DNA of 64,000 nucleotides from the human T2T-CHM13v2.0 reference genome, Homo sapiens: NCBI GenBank assembly GCA_009914755.4, contig CP068257.2, positions 18,016,001 to 18,080,000 of the forward strand, read 5' to 3'. Shown piece by piece: positions 12,549 to 23,940 of this stretch (position 1 is its first letter; each line of letters starts with the position of its first letter). The notes under the pieces were generated by a model. It saw only the letters and a program-made list of their open reading frames with translations, ran no database searches and was not told where the DNA came from. The position numbers and the translations under genes were made by a program.

Positions 12549-14846
12549 CAAGCATACCTCAAATATATTGCTGGTGTGGTTTCAGACCACCACAATAGAG
12601 AGAATATTGCAATAAAACAAGTCACATGTAATTTTTGGCTTCCCACTGCCTATAAAAGTTATGTTTACACTATACACAATAGTCTATTAAGTGCGCAATC
12701 ACATTATTTGTTTAAAAAGTACATACTTTAAAAATACTTTATTGTTTAAAAATGCTAATAATCATCTGAGCTTTCAATGAGTCAAAATCTTTTTGCTGTT
12801 GGAGGGTGTTGCCTTCATGTTGATGGCTGCGGACTGGTCAGAATGGTGGTTGCTGAAGGTGGGGTTGCTATAGCAATTTCTTAAAATAAGACGACAGTGA
12901 TGTTTTCCTCATTGATTGACTCTTACCATCATGAAAGATTTCTCTGTAGTAGGTTGATAGCATTTTTACCCCCAGTAGAATTTATTTCAAAATTGGAATA
13001 AATCTTCTCAAAGTCTGCCATTCACTGCTTTATCAACTAAGTTCATGTAATATCCAAAATCCTTTGTTGTCATTTCAACAATGTTTCACGGTCTCTTAAC
13101 CAGAAGCAGATTTCATATCAAGAAACCACTTTCTTTGCTCATTCATAAGAAGCAATTCATCACTTTTTCAAGTATTATGAAATTATAGCAGTTTCTACCA
13201 CATTGGTAGTTACTTCCCCCACAGAAGTCTTTAACCCCATGAGTAGTCACTTATGAGGGTTGAAATCAACTTCCAAGCTTCTGTTACGGTTGATAATATA
13301 CCCTCTTTGCCTGCATCACAAGTGTTCTTAATAGCATCTATAATGGTGAATCATTTCCAGGAGGGTTTCAGTATTCTTTTCCCAAAACTATCAGAGGAAT
13401 AACTAGAACAGCTATAATCTTACAAAATGTATTTCTTAAATAATAAGACTTTAAAGTCAAAATTACTTCTTGATCCATTGACTACAGAATGGATATGTTA
13501 GCAGACATGAAAGCAACACTAATCTCTGTATACATTTCCATCAGAGCTCTTGGGTGACCAGATAGATTGTCAATTAGCAGTAATATCTTGAAAGGAATAT
13601 TTTTTTCTGAGCAGCAGTTCTCAACAGTGGGCTTAAAATATTCAGTAATCCATGCTACAAACAGAAATGCTGTGAACCAGGATTTGTTTCTCCATGTATA
13701 GAGCACAACAGAGTAGATTTACCATAAATGTAAAGGGCCCTAGGATTTTTGGAATGGTAAATGAGCACTGGCTTCAACTTAAAGCCACCACCTGCCTTAG
13801 CCTGTAACAAGAGTCAGCTTGTCTTTTAAGCTTTGAAGCCAGGCATTGACTTCTCCTACCTATGAAACTCCTATATAGCATCTTCTTCCAATAAAAGTTG
13901 TTTTATCTCCATTGAAAATCTGTTGTGTAACCACTTTCATCAATCATCTTAGCTAGATGTTCTAGATAACTTACTGCAGCTTCTCCATCAGCACTTGCTG
14001 CTTCACCTTGCACTTTTATGTTATAGAAATGGCTTCTTTCCTCAAACCTCATGAACCAACCTCTGCTAGCTTTCAATGATTCTTCTGCAACTTTCTCACC
14101 TCTCTTTACCTTCACAGCATTTGAGGGAGCTAGGGCCTTGTTCTAACTTAAGCTTTGCTTTAGGGAATGCTGTGTCTCATTTGATCTTCCATCTCGATCA
14201 CTAGTAGCTTTTCCATTTCAGTGATACAGCTGATTTACTTTCTCATGATTTGTATGTTCACTGGAGTAGTAGCTTAAATTTCTTTCAATAACTTTTTTTT
14301 TTGCATTTACAACTTGGCTAACTGGCACAGGAGGCCTATTTTGACTTTCAACATGTCTTCTTTACTCAGCTTATTTATTTCTAGCTTTCGATTTAAAGTG
14401 AGAGATATGTGACTTTTCCTTTCACTTGAACACTTAGAGGTTATTGTAGGGTATTAATTGGCCTTATTTTAATATTGTTGTTTCTCAGGGATTAGAGTGA
14501 AGTGAGGAGAGGGAGAGAGATGGGGAAAAGGCTGCTTGATAAAGCAGTCAGAACTCATTAAGTTCTACATCATATATGGACGCAGTTTATGGTGACCTCA
14601 GACAATAGTAGTAGTAACAGCAAAGATCACTGATTATATAACAAATATAATAATAACAAAAAGGTTTGAAATGTTGTGACAATTACCAAAATGTGACACA
14701 GAGACACAAAATAAACTCATGCTGTTGGAAAAGTAACAGTAACATATTTGCTCGACAAAAGGTTGCCACAAACCTTCAGTTTGTAAAAAATGCAATTATC
14801 TGTGAAGGACAATAAAGGAAAGCACAATAAAATGAGGTAGGTCTCT
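12549..14846 (-). mobile_element. Tigger1 (pogo/Tc1-mariner superfamily) DNA transposon, near full-length (~2.3 kb)
   Basis: 12549-12800 (caagcatacctcaaatatattgctggtgtggtttcagaccaccacaatagagagaatattgcaataaaacaagtcacatg...) matches the reverse complement of the Tigger1 5' terminus CAGGCATACCTCGGAGATATTGCGGGTTCGGTTCCAGACCACCGCAATAAAGCGAATATCGCAATAAAGCGAGTCACA. 14650-14846 matches the other terminus (...ttgccacaaaccttcagtttgtaaaaaatgcaattatctgtgaaggacaataaaggaaagcacaataaaatgaggtaggtct). Internal ORFs encode pogo-like transposase pieces. Confidence 0.85.
13482..14115 (-). pseudogene. Tigger1 pogo-like (CENP-B-like) transposase remnant, fragmented
   Basis: ORF 13903..14115(-) (...[50 protein letters not shown]) and ORF 13482..13706(-) (...[53 protein letters not shown]) match Tigger1/TIGD-type transposase segments. 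Both are interrupted by stops, so this is not an intact TIGD-like gene. Confidence 0.8.
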
Positions 14847-15799
14847 ATATGTATACTTAAAAAAGCAAATTGTTAAACAGAGTACACATTATAAAGGACT
14901 TGTCTACCACATAGATGTACTTGATCCTCTCTATTTTTATTCTAAAGATAAAAGCAATGAAATTAACTGCTTTGACAATTGTAATAATAGTGAGTGGGCA
15001 ACAGGAAAAATATAGAAGCTAGAAAGCAGATTACAATGCAATGTAGTTATAATATTTATCACAAGTTATTTCATTAAAAGACATCACATTTAGTTGTGAC
15101 TGGTACATCACAGTAATTATGAATTGGGTTTTAATGTTTGATTATTTTACAACCCTTGACAAAAGTTGCAAATTTGAAAAAAAATTATTATTTTAAATTT
15201 AATTTTAAATTTAAATTATTTAAATCATTTTAAATACTAAATAATTGATTTTAGTTGTTTAGAAAGCATCCTAAGACTAATAATAGTGAAATATTATTTG
15301 AAATATAGATTTATATTTGACATATAGATTTTGATCATACATATAATTTGTCTTAATTTTTTGTGTCTTCATTTCATAAATAAAAGTTTTAAACTAAAAG
15401 CAATGCAAACACATGGTAAAAGTTAAAATAAAGCTGAATGTCTGTCATGCTTATTTCAAATTTGATTATGCAAACAAGCCAAAACAGTCACCAAGAGGCA
15501 AACAGAAGTGAGAAACATTTGAAGATTGGTTTAATGGACAATCCTATCAATATTAAGAGAAACAAGAAGGCGTTTTAAACTCCTCACTTCTGTCTTTTAC
15601 TGCCTCAACCACACCTACCTTTATATAGCCTTACCTTTCTTTTATTTTACTTTTCAGACAACATGTATTTATAAATTTCAGGTAAAGATTAAACTTCTAT
15701 GTTAAAAACTGTATTACGTTGATGATTACTTCCACTTTAAATAACATTAATATTAAATTCAACATATTGAATTTCATGATTACTCTTCATAATAGTGAA

Positions 15800-16330
15800 A
15801 GAAAAATCAATCAGCAATAGTAGTCAATGTACATGAATCAATCAACGTGATACATCATATCAACAGAATGAAGGACAAAAACTATATGATCATTTCAATT
15901 GATACCGAAAAAGTATTGGATAAAATTTAACATCCCTTCATGTTAAAAACCCTCAAAATGCTGGGTATAGAAGGAACATACCTCAACATAATAAAAGCCA
16001 TATATGACAGACATATAGCTAGTATCATACTGAATAGGGAAAAACTGCAAGCCTTTCCTCTAAGATCTGGAACATGACAAGAATACCCACTTTCACCAAC
16101 CACCATTATTCAACATAGTTCTGGAAGTCCTAGCTAGAGAAATTAGACAAGAGAAATAAATAAAGGCCATCCGAATTGGAAAGAAAGAAGTCAAATTATC
16201 CTTGTTTGTAGATAATAGGATCTTACATTTGGAAAAACCAATTCCACTGAAAAACTATTAGAACTGATAAACAAATTCAGTAAAGTTGCATACCTGTATC
16301 TACGTATCTCACAAATATACTGGAAGCAGA
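15800..16330 (+). mobile_element. LINE-1 ORF2 reverse-transcriptase fragment
   Basis: Plus-strand translation gives ...[138 protein letters not shown], which tracks L1 ORF2 ...[68 protein letters not shown].. closely. Confidence 0.8.
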
Positions 16331-17401
16331 ACCAGAGACAGGAATAAAGATATACCTGAATTTTGGTGGAAATGTTTTTCAGGAAAAAACTGAAGCGGGA
16401 TAGAGAAGAGAAAAATAAGAACAAAGATATTTTGATCCACAGGGAAAAGACCCTGGAGAATGCATTACTCCCAGAAGATGGTTCCTTTTTTAGGCCAGAG
16501 GGTGAGATGTTGGAAACCATATACTGTTAATCAGGGCTAAAGGTCACTCCCTGGGGAAGGAGCAGTGGTGTATGTTTTTTAGGGCAGTGACTCCTATCAG
16601 TCAAGTGCATTTCTATGTAGATAGGTGACAGCTCCTAGCCATTACCAGTCAAAAGAGATACAAAGGAAATCTAGGTAGGGCAACCACATCTACCACTACC
16701 CACAAAAATGTCTCTATGTGTAGACTCTATGTCTAGGCTTTTATACGACAAAGGCTGGATATAGTAAATATCCATATTTATCAAATTATATTTGTATTTC
16801 ATAAACCACACAATTTGGCAAATATTTTAGCAAATGATTTCCCTATCTGTCTATATAAAGCCACAACCTTTGTCTACTTCACAAAAATACTTCAGATTTT
16901 GTATTTTTGGTGAAACGACTACCATTCCTCCCAGAGAACCAGAAGCATACCATTAAGGCCAGGAAATACATGTGGCTGACCTGAATACAAATATGAGTAG
17001 AAAAAACTCACAAAAAAAGAACTATAAATAGTCAATTAAAATAAAATCTCAATATTTAACCTCCCCAGCAATAAAAAAGAATTTTATACTTTGTATAATG
17101 GGTTCTACCTGGTAGGGTTGGGAGAGTTATATGAAAAAAAAAAAACAAAAAACTCTATACCCTAAAAAGTTGTTTATGTATTGAAGTAGTAGAAAGAAAC
17201 AGAAAAAAAAAAAAAGAAAGATAACCTAAGTGTTCATAGATATAGCACTATAGGAGTCAATTCTTTCTTGAGAAAATAGTCAAGATAATAAAAAATCCAA
17301 GTCAAGAGTTTAGTCAGTGTCTTTTCCTTAATTTTTGTCCCTGCTCCTAATGCAACAACATGATACCTATAATGTTGTATTTTCTAAGCTTATAGAAATA
17401 C

Positions 17402-17424
17402 TTATTATTATTATTATTATTATT
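17402..17424. repeat. (TTA)n microsatellite, ~7 units, abutting the Alu poly-T
   Basis: attattattattattattatt is directly visible. Confidence 0.9.
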
Positions 17425-17702
17425 TTTTTTTTGAGATGGAGTGTTGCTGTGTCGCCCAGGCTGGAGTACAGTGGTGCGATCTCTGCTCACTGCAACCTCC
17501 GCCTCCCGGGTTCAAGCGATTCTCCTGCCTAAGCCCTCCCGAGTAGCTGGGATTGCAGGTGCAGGCAACCACGTCTGACTAATTTTTGTATTTTTAGTAG
17601 AGATGTGGTTTCACCATATTGGTCAGGGTGGTCTCGAACTCCTGACCTCGTGATCCACCTACCTTGACCTCCCAAAGTGCTGGGATTCACAGGAGTGAGC
17701 CC
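17425..17702 (-). mobile_element. Alu SINE (AluS/J-like), minus strand, 5' end truncated by ~10 bp
   Basis: tttttttttgagatggagtgttgctgtgtcgcccaggctggagtacagtggtgcgatctc...cccaaagtgctgggattcacaggagtgagccc is the reverse complement of the Alu consensus, with the poly-T corresponding to the A-tail. Confidence 0.9.
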
Positions 17703-17947
17703 AGAAAATTTCACCACTCCCAGGAAATACTTTTTAAATGCGGGCCCTCAGAAACCTCTGCAGTGGACTGTACAGGACATAACATTGAAAAACTCAAATT
17801 AACATAGTCCTTATTTCTTTTACTAACTAGAATTATTGTCAGTTTTTTTGGTCAAATAAATTATAGCGCTATGCTCTAATAGGAGCAGCACATGAAAACA
17901 TAATTTAAGCCAAAAAAAGTCAACCCTAAATATTTTTGCTGTTTTAA

Positions 17948-18603
17948 GGTGCTGGAGAGGATGTGGAGAAATAGGAACACTTTTACATTGTTGGTGGGAC
18001 TGTAAACTAGTTCAACCATTGTGGAAGACAGTGTGGCGATTCCCCAAGGATCTAGAACTAGAAATACCATTTGACCCAGCCATCCCATTACTGGGTATAT
18101 ACCCAAAGGATTATAAATCATGCTGCTATAAAGACACATGCACACATATGTTTATTGCGGCACTATTCACAATAGCAAAGACTTGGAACCAACCCAAATG
18201 TCCATCAATGAGAGACTGGATTAAGAAAATGTGGCACATATACACCATGGAATACTATGCAGCCATAAAAAAGGATGAGTTCATGTCCTTTGTAGGGACG
18301 TGGATGAAGCTGGAAACCATCATTCTCAGCAAACTATCACAAGGCCAAAAAACCAAACACCGCATGTTCTCACTCATAGGTGGGAATTGAACAATGAGAA
18401 CACATGGACACAGGAAGGGGAACATGACACACCGGGGTCTGTTGTGGGGTGGGGGGAGGGGGGAGGGATAGCATTAGGAGAAATACCTAATGTAAATTAT
18501 GAGTTAATGGGTGCAGCACACCAACATGGCACATGTATACATATGTAGCAAACCTGCACATTGTGCACGTGTACCCTAGAACTTAAAGTGTAATTAAAAA
18601 AAA
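17948..18603 (+). mobile_element. Young L1PA-type LINE-1 3' end (ORF2 C-terminus plus 3'UTR plus poly-A), 5'-truncated, with 13-bp target-site duplication
   Basis: ORF 18019..18390 (MWKTVWRFPKDLELEIPFDPAIPLLGIYPKDYKSCCYKDTCTHMFIAALFTIAKTWNQPKCPSMRDWIKKMWHIYTMEYYAAIKKDEFMSFVGTWMKLETIILSKLSQGQKTKHRMFSLIGGN) is near-identical to the L1PA/L1HS ORF2 C-terminus. The 3'UTR G-rich tract ggggtggggggagggggga and the poly-A at 18596-18603 are present. The direct repeat tttgctgttttaa occurs at 17935-17947 and 18606-18618. Confidence 0.9.
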
Positions 18604-20736
18604 TCTTTGCTGTTTTAAATATTTAATAATAACCCTTTCATTATACTGTCAATTTCTTGTTCCTACAGAAAAATGCCCAAAAATGTACAGAGAAAGAAAT
18701 ATTTCTTCAGAGGCTGCCTTGTGGCTGGTCTTAACCGTATCAAAACATCACATTCCAATTTTAATGATTCCAAGCCTAAGGGTAGAATTTATCAATTTTT
18801 CCAATTTTCTAAAGACTCCAGGTAGCAAACAAGACACATTAGATTAGCAGGACAACAGCTATGTTTCCACGGGTTCTGTCCTGATCATTTATGAGCCTTT
18901 AAGAGTTGTCTTTCAATCAAGGTTGTGATATACCTTGCCCTTTATAAAATAGAGAAGCTTGAACTTTCTGTTGTTAAAAGAAACGTCTGACTCAGTCTAA
19001 TACCTTACCATAGGAACCTTATTAATCAGGTCTAGTATATATACTTTCTATTATGTTAACCTGCACTCATATAGAGCTATTTCAAAATTGCAATTCAGAT
19101 AGGTCTGACTGTCCTATTTAAAAATTATTCTCAACCCCAAGTCCAGTCAATCATTCCCATCTCAAACTTATGCTAAACTAAAGTTTCCCATCCCACAAAA
19201 TGAAAGTATTTGAAACATCTTTGGCTCTTTACAGAGCAGTGTGACCTCATATCTCGAAAGAAGTAAAAAAAAAAAATTATTCTCTTTAATAATTAATATG
19301 TAAATTTTATTTATCTATGTAAAGTGTATTAGAAAATAATTTTTAAAAAATTATTTTAAAAAAATGGACTCTCTTTAATTGTGAGTCCATTAATTTATTT
19401 TCTTTTACAAAAAATAGTAACAATAGAAACAGCAATGCAAATCAAGTTCATAACCTACCACTTTTGTGAGTTTTTTCCTACTGTTTCATGTCACAGAAAT
19501 AGCTGTTTTGAAATAACTAAAGCCAGACCTATTGCACACGGTCACAATTTTATCTATTTTAAATATCTTTGAACAGCCTCACAACAGGGTCATGGTCTCT
19601 AGGAAAGTCTATTTTCCTCTAAAGAAATACCTGTAGGCATTTGAGAAAAAGCCAGGCATTTTCAATCCCTTTTAAACACAAAGAGAACATTTTAAAAGGC
19701 TGCTAATAATTAAATGGAGATCTAAAGGACCAATTTGCAATAGTTTTTCTTTACAGAGGCAAGCTCATTGTGCTGAAATGAACTCATAATTGTTCATGAA
19801 ATATTTGCATATGAGAATTATCTGCATTCCTCAAAACGGTGGGATGAAATTGGAATTCTCCTCTTTTCAATATATTTGAATGCATCTACATGTGCACAGC
19901 GAATTGGAGAAACATGGTTTTTTTTTTAAAATACTACTTTCTGAAACATAATGAATAAAGAGGGAAATGGTATTTAAAATGGAATTATGCATCTCTCTAA
20001 TTCAATGTTTCTATTTTAATTTCTAAGTTTCAAAATGTAGATCACTCAGCATCCACAACCACGGTTAAGTACATCACATATTCAGACCACCTAACTCTAG
20101 TTAACACAGTGATGTGTGATTCATGTCCTGGGTGTCACAGATTTCTGCCCAAATGTGTGATTTTGTATAAAATATGAGAGTTTTAGTCCTATTGATTTCA
20201 ATATTTTATATAAACATGGCTCTGAAAAACTGTCTATATGAGTCTCTTACTTAAGAATATATTCTCCCATTAGATAACACCATTACTTTTTGTGAACAAT
20301 TTTTATTATTTTCATACATACTTTTAATTAAAAATTGAAGGTGACAAGAGTAGTATAAAAATCTAAAAATTAAAAATTATCCACAATTTTTCTACTTTCA
20401 ATACTTATTTAACATTCTATCAAACTTCTATTCTGTTTATTCCACCATGACTTTCTTGTCCAGAAGTATGCATAGATTTACTAACTACAAATCTAGTGCA
20501 TGTATCTATTTTCCACTTTATTTTTAATGCATGTTATTTTTTTAAAGTTTTAGAGTTATAAAAACAAATAAGAATATAGCAAAGAGATTTCCCTTTCACA
20601 CATACAGTTTTCTCTGTTATTAACATCTTACTTTAGAATAGTATATTTGTCACAATTAAGAAATATTGCACATTTTTTTAACTAAAGTCCTTGATTAATC
20701 ACATGTCCTATTTTTTCCCCTAATTCTCTGTTCCAG

Positions 20737-20814
20737 AATTTCATCTGGGATATCACATTACATGGTTCTCGTTGCATCACCGTAAGCTCCTCTTGGATGT
20801 GACAGCTTTGGGAG
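20737..20814 (+). other. Candidate 78-nt exon (unannotated transcript?) with strong splice signals; speculative
   Basis: A pyrimidine tract plus AG (ttttttcccctaattctctgttccag|AATTTC...) is followed after 78 nt by GGGAG|gtaagc. One frame is open (FHLGYHITWFSLHHRKLLLDVTALGG). A second GTAAGC lies inside at 20783. There is no similarity to any protein I know. Confidence 0.15.
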
Positions 20815-21588
20815 GTAAGCTTTTGAAAAATCCTGGTTTATTGTCATAACTATACTGAGATTTGGGGAGGAAGGGCACTGATATAAAGTCCTGTTATCAT
20901 CACATCATATGAAGAGTACATACTATCAACAAGTTGTATCACTATTGATGTAGATCTTGGTCATCTGGCTGAAGCAGTGCTTGTCAAGTGTCAAGTTTCT
21001 TTACTCTAAAGTTGCTGTTTTTGTCTCCATTCCCATGCTATATACTTTGGAAGGCAGTTGTTATGCACTTCTTTCCTGTGTGGTAAACTACATAATCATT
21101 TTTGTGTAACAGTATGGAGTCACGTGTATTTATTGTGTACTTTATGTTATAATCCAATGCTACTTTATTTACTTTGTTTCTCAAATTATTACAGCTTTGG
21201 GCATTGGGAGCTCTTTCAGTTGGCTATTATGTTCCTTTGAAGTACGTTTATCAGTGTGAAAGGGTTTCTTTGTTTGTTTGTTGTTTTTGATCACTTTCTT
21301 CCTTTCTAATGCCACGTAACGCTCCAGACTCAAGTTTGAAATTTTCTGCCTCAGCCTTAGAATCAGCCTTTTCTCTAAGGAGTGTTAGTTTCTTTAATGG
21401 TTAATGATACTAGAAACCAAGATCTAGTGCTCTTTGCTACTGCAATGTCAGTTCTTTTAGGCCCTCTCAGTTGACAGGAAAGAAAAAACATATGTATGTA
21501 TGCTAACCTGTAGACATGCACATATATCTACCAACTCATTTATTTAACCATCATATCTGTATTAAGCTAAAAATGAATTCAACTATTC

Positions 21589-21890
21589 CAAATGCTACCA
21601 GGGGGGTCCTTGCTCCCAGAGCTCCCAAGATGGTGGTGGGCTGCTTCCAAGATGGTGGCAAGCCTCGTGTTCTCTGACCTGGGGTTCTTGGCCTCACGGA
21701 TTCCAAGGAATAGAATCTTGGGCCATGCGGTGAGTGTCACGGCTCTATTAGAAACCGTGGGTCACGGAAGAGAGTCATGGAACCCAGTGCCTAGTGTTCA
21801 GCTCGATTAGGACGAACCGGGGCACTTAGCCGTGCAGGAACAATGGCAAGCCTTTAGCCTGATCAGGAGCGGCAATGGGTTCCTCGCTGG
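21589..21890 (-). mobile_element. LTR17/HERV-W-like LTR U5-end fragment (~300 bp), minus strand
   Basis: The minus-strand read ...ccagcgaggaacccattgccgctcctgatcaggctaaaggcttgccattgttcctgcacggctaagtgcc...cccaagattctattccttggaatccgtgaggccaagaaccccaggtcagagaacacgaggcttgccaccatcttggaag...gggagctctgggagcaaggacccccctggtagca|tttgg closely resembles the HERV-W (ERVWE1-type) R-U5/leader sequence as I recall it. It ends at an LTR-like ...CA terminus followed by TTTGG (PBS-like start). The recollection was not verified by search. Confidence 0.4.
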
Positions 21891-23426
21891 TTCAATTTCC
21901 ATGTAGTTGTGTGGTTTTGAGTGAGTTTCTTCATCTTGAGTTCTAATTTGATTGCACTGTGGCCTGAGGGACTGTTTGTTATTATTTCTGTTTTTTGATT
22001 GTTTCTTTGTTTTGCATTTCCTAAGGAGTGTTTTACTTCCAATTTTAGAGTATGTGCTATGTGGCACTGAGAATAATGTATATTCTGTTGTTTTGGGGTA
22101 GAAAGTTCTGTAGATATCTATTAGGTCCAGAGCTCAATTAAAGTCTGAATATCCTTGTTAATTTTTCATCACATTATTCTTGTGTTGGAGTCTAAGTCTC
22201 TTTGGAGGTCTCTAATAATTTGTTTCATGAATCCGGGTGCTGATATATTGGGTGCATATATTTTTAGGATAGATAGTTCTTTTTGTTGAATTAATCCCCT
22301 TACCTTTATATAATGTCCTTCTTTGTCTTTTTTTGACCTTTGTTGGTTTAAATTCTGTTTTGTCAGAAACTAGGATCGCAACCCCTGCTTTTTCCTGCTT
22401 TCTATTTGCTTGATAAATTTTCCTCCATCCCTTTATCTTGAGCCTATATGTGTCTTTACACATGAGATGCGTCTTGAATACAGTACATCAGTAAGTCTTG
22501 ACTCTTTATCCAATTCTCCATTGTGTGTTTTTTAACTGCAGCATGTAGCTCATTTACATCTAAGGTTAATATTGTTATGTGTGAATTTGATCCTGTCATT
22601 ATGATACTAAATGGTTATTTTGCACACTAGTTAATGCAGATTCTTCATAATGTCACTGGTCTTTGTATTTTGGTATGTTTTTGCAGTGGCTGGTACCAGT
22701 TTTTCCTTCCCATATTTAGTGCTTCTTTCAGGAGCTCTTGCAAGGCAGACCTGGTGGTGACGAATTCCCTCAGCATTTGCTTGGCTGAAAAGGATTTTAT
22801 TTCCCCTTCACTTATGAAGCTTTGTTTGGCCAGATATGATATTCTCGGTTGAAAATTGGCCCCTACTGTCTTCTGGCTTGTAGCATTCCTGCTGAGAGAT
22901 CCGCTCTTAATCTGATGGGCATCCCTTTGGAGGTAACCTGGACTTTCCCTCTGGCTGCCCTTAATATTTTTTCCTTCATTTGGACCTTGGAGAACCTGAT
23001 GATTATGTGTGCTGGGGTTGATCTTCTTGAGGATTACCTTGGTGGAGTTCTCTGTATTTCCTGAATTTAAATGTTGGTCTATCAATCTAGGTTGAGGAAG
23101 TTCTCCTGGATGATATCCTGAAGGTTGTTTTCCAACTTGGTTCCATTCTCTCCATACTCCAATTATTGTATGTTCATTCTTTTTACATAGTCCCATAATT
23201 CTTGGAGGTTTTGTTCATTATTGTTTATTCTTTCTCTAATCTTGTCTGCTTTATTTCAGCAAGGTAGTCTTCAAACTCTGATATTCTTTCTTCTGCTTGG
23301 TCAGTTTGGCTATTGATACTTGTGTAGGCTTCATGAAGTTCTCATGCTGTGTTTTTCACCTCCATCAGGTCATTTATGTTCTTCTCTAAACTGGTTATTC
23401 TAGTTAGCAACTCCTGTAACCTGTTA
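21891..23426 (-). mobile_element. LINE-1 (L1PB/L1MA-like) ORF1 to ORF2 N-terminal third, minus strand; 3'-truncated at ORF2 ~aa 247
   Basis: ORF 22645..23196(-) is the ORF1 C-terminus (...PRISYLAKQSFISEGEIKSFSAKQMLREFVTTRSALQELLKEALNMGRKNWYQPLQKHTKI). ORF 22212..22463(-) is the ORF2 N-terminus (THIGSR...: MCKDTYRLKIKGWRKIYQANRKQEKAGVAILVSDKTEFKPTKVKK). ORF 21807..22067(-) is ORF2 (...HSTYSKIGSKTLLRKCKTK...LKNHTTTWKL). The reverse complement of 23200-23426 gives the ORF1 coiled-coil (ITGYRSC.LE... ~ ITNTEKCLKE...). Confidence 0.85.
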
Positions 23427-23940
23427 TTGTTATAGGAGTTATTAAGAAATTATTTTAGGCAGATAGAGAGAAAAAGGGGTCCTGAGAAAGTTTTCATCTC
23501 TTTTAAAGCCGTTCCAGAAATGTTTCTTAGTTTTGGCTGCTGTACTAAAGACATGGATTTGAGGCTTGCTGGGGAGAACATGGAGAACCCCCTTTACCCA
23601 CAGGTATTGGGAATGTTGGCAATGTTTGAACTGGCTTCTTTTCATGGGAAACCTCAGCATCATGTGAGGCTGGGAAAATTTCTGAGGCAACTGAGAATCT
23701 CTTACCAGGGCACACCCTGGTGTGATTCATAGGCCTCTGTACCGGACACAGACTCCGACAGCCCAGTTGGGTGTTATTAGAGCATCCTCAACTGTCCTGT
23801 GGCAAAACTCTTCTTCCTTCTCTATCTGCAGCCTCTTGCTCTTTCTTTGTGTGAAATGTGCAAGGATTTTTACACCCTAGAAAGAGTTTTCCCATTTTCC
23901 CCTGTGGTGAGGTTACTTGCTACCACTCCTCTGGAGCACA
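23415..23940 (+). mobile_element. ERV 5' LTR (approximate bounds)
   Basis: Starts TGT...; its first ~100 bp and last ~20 bp are homologous to the 3' LTR. The middle is strongly diverged or indel-rich relative to the 3' LTR. Confidence 0.5.

Noticed and set aside
13482-14115. Tigger1 transposase as a TIGD-like domesticated gene
   Set aside because: Homologous segments are split into frames of 75 aa or less by multiple stops and frameshifts, typical of a neutrally decaying copy.
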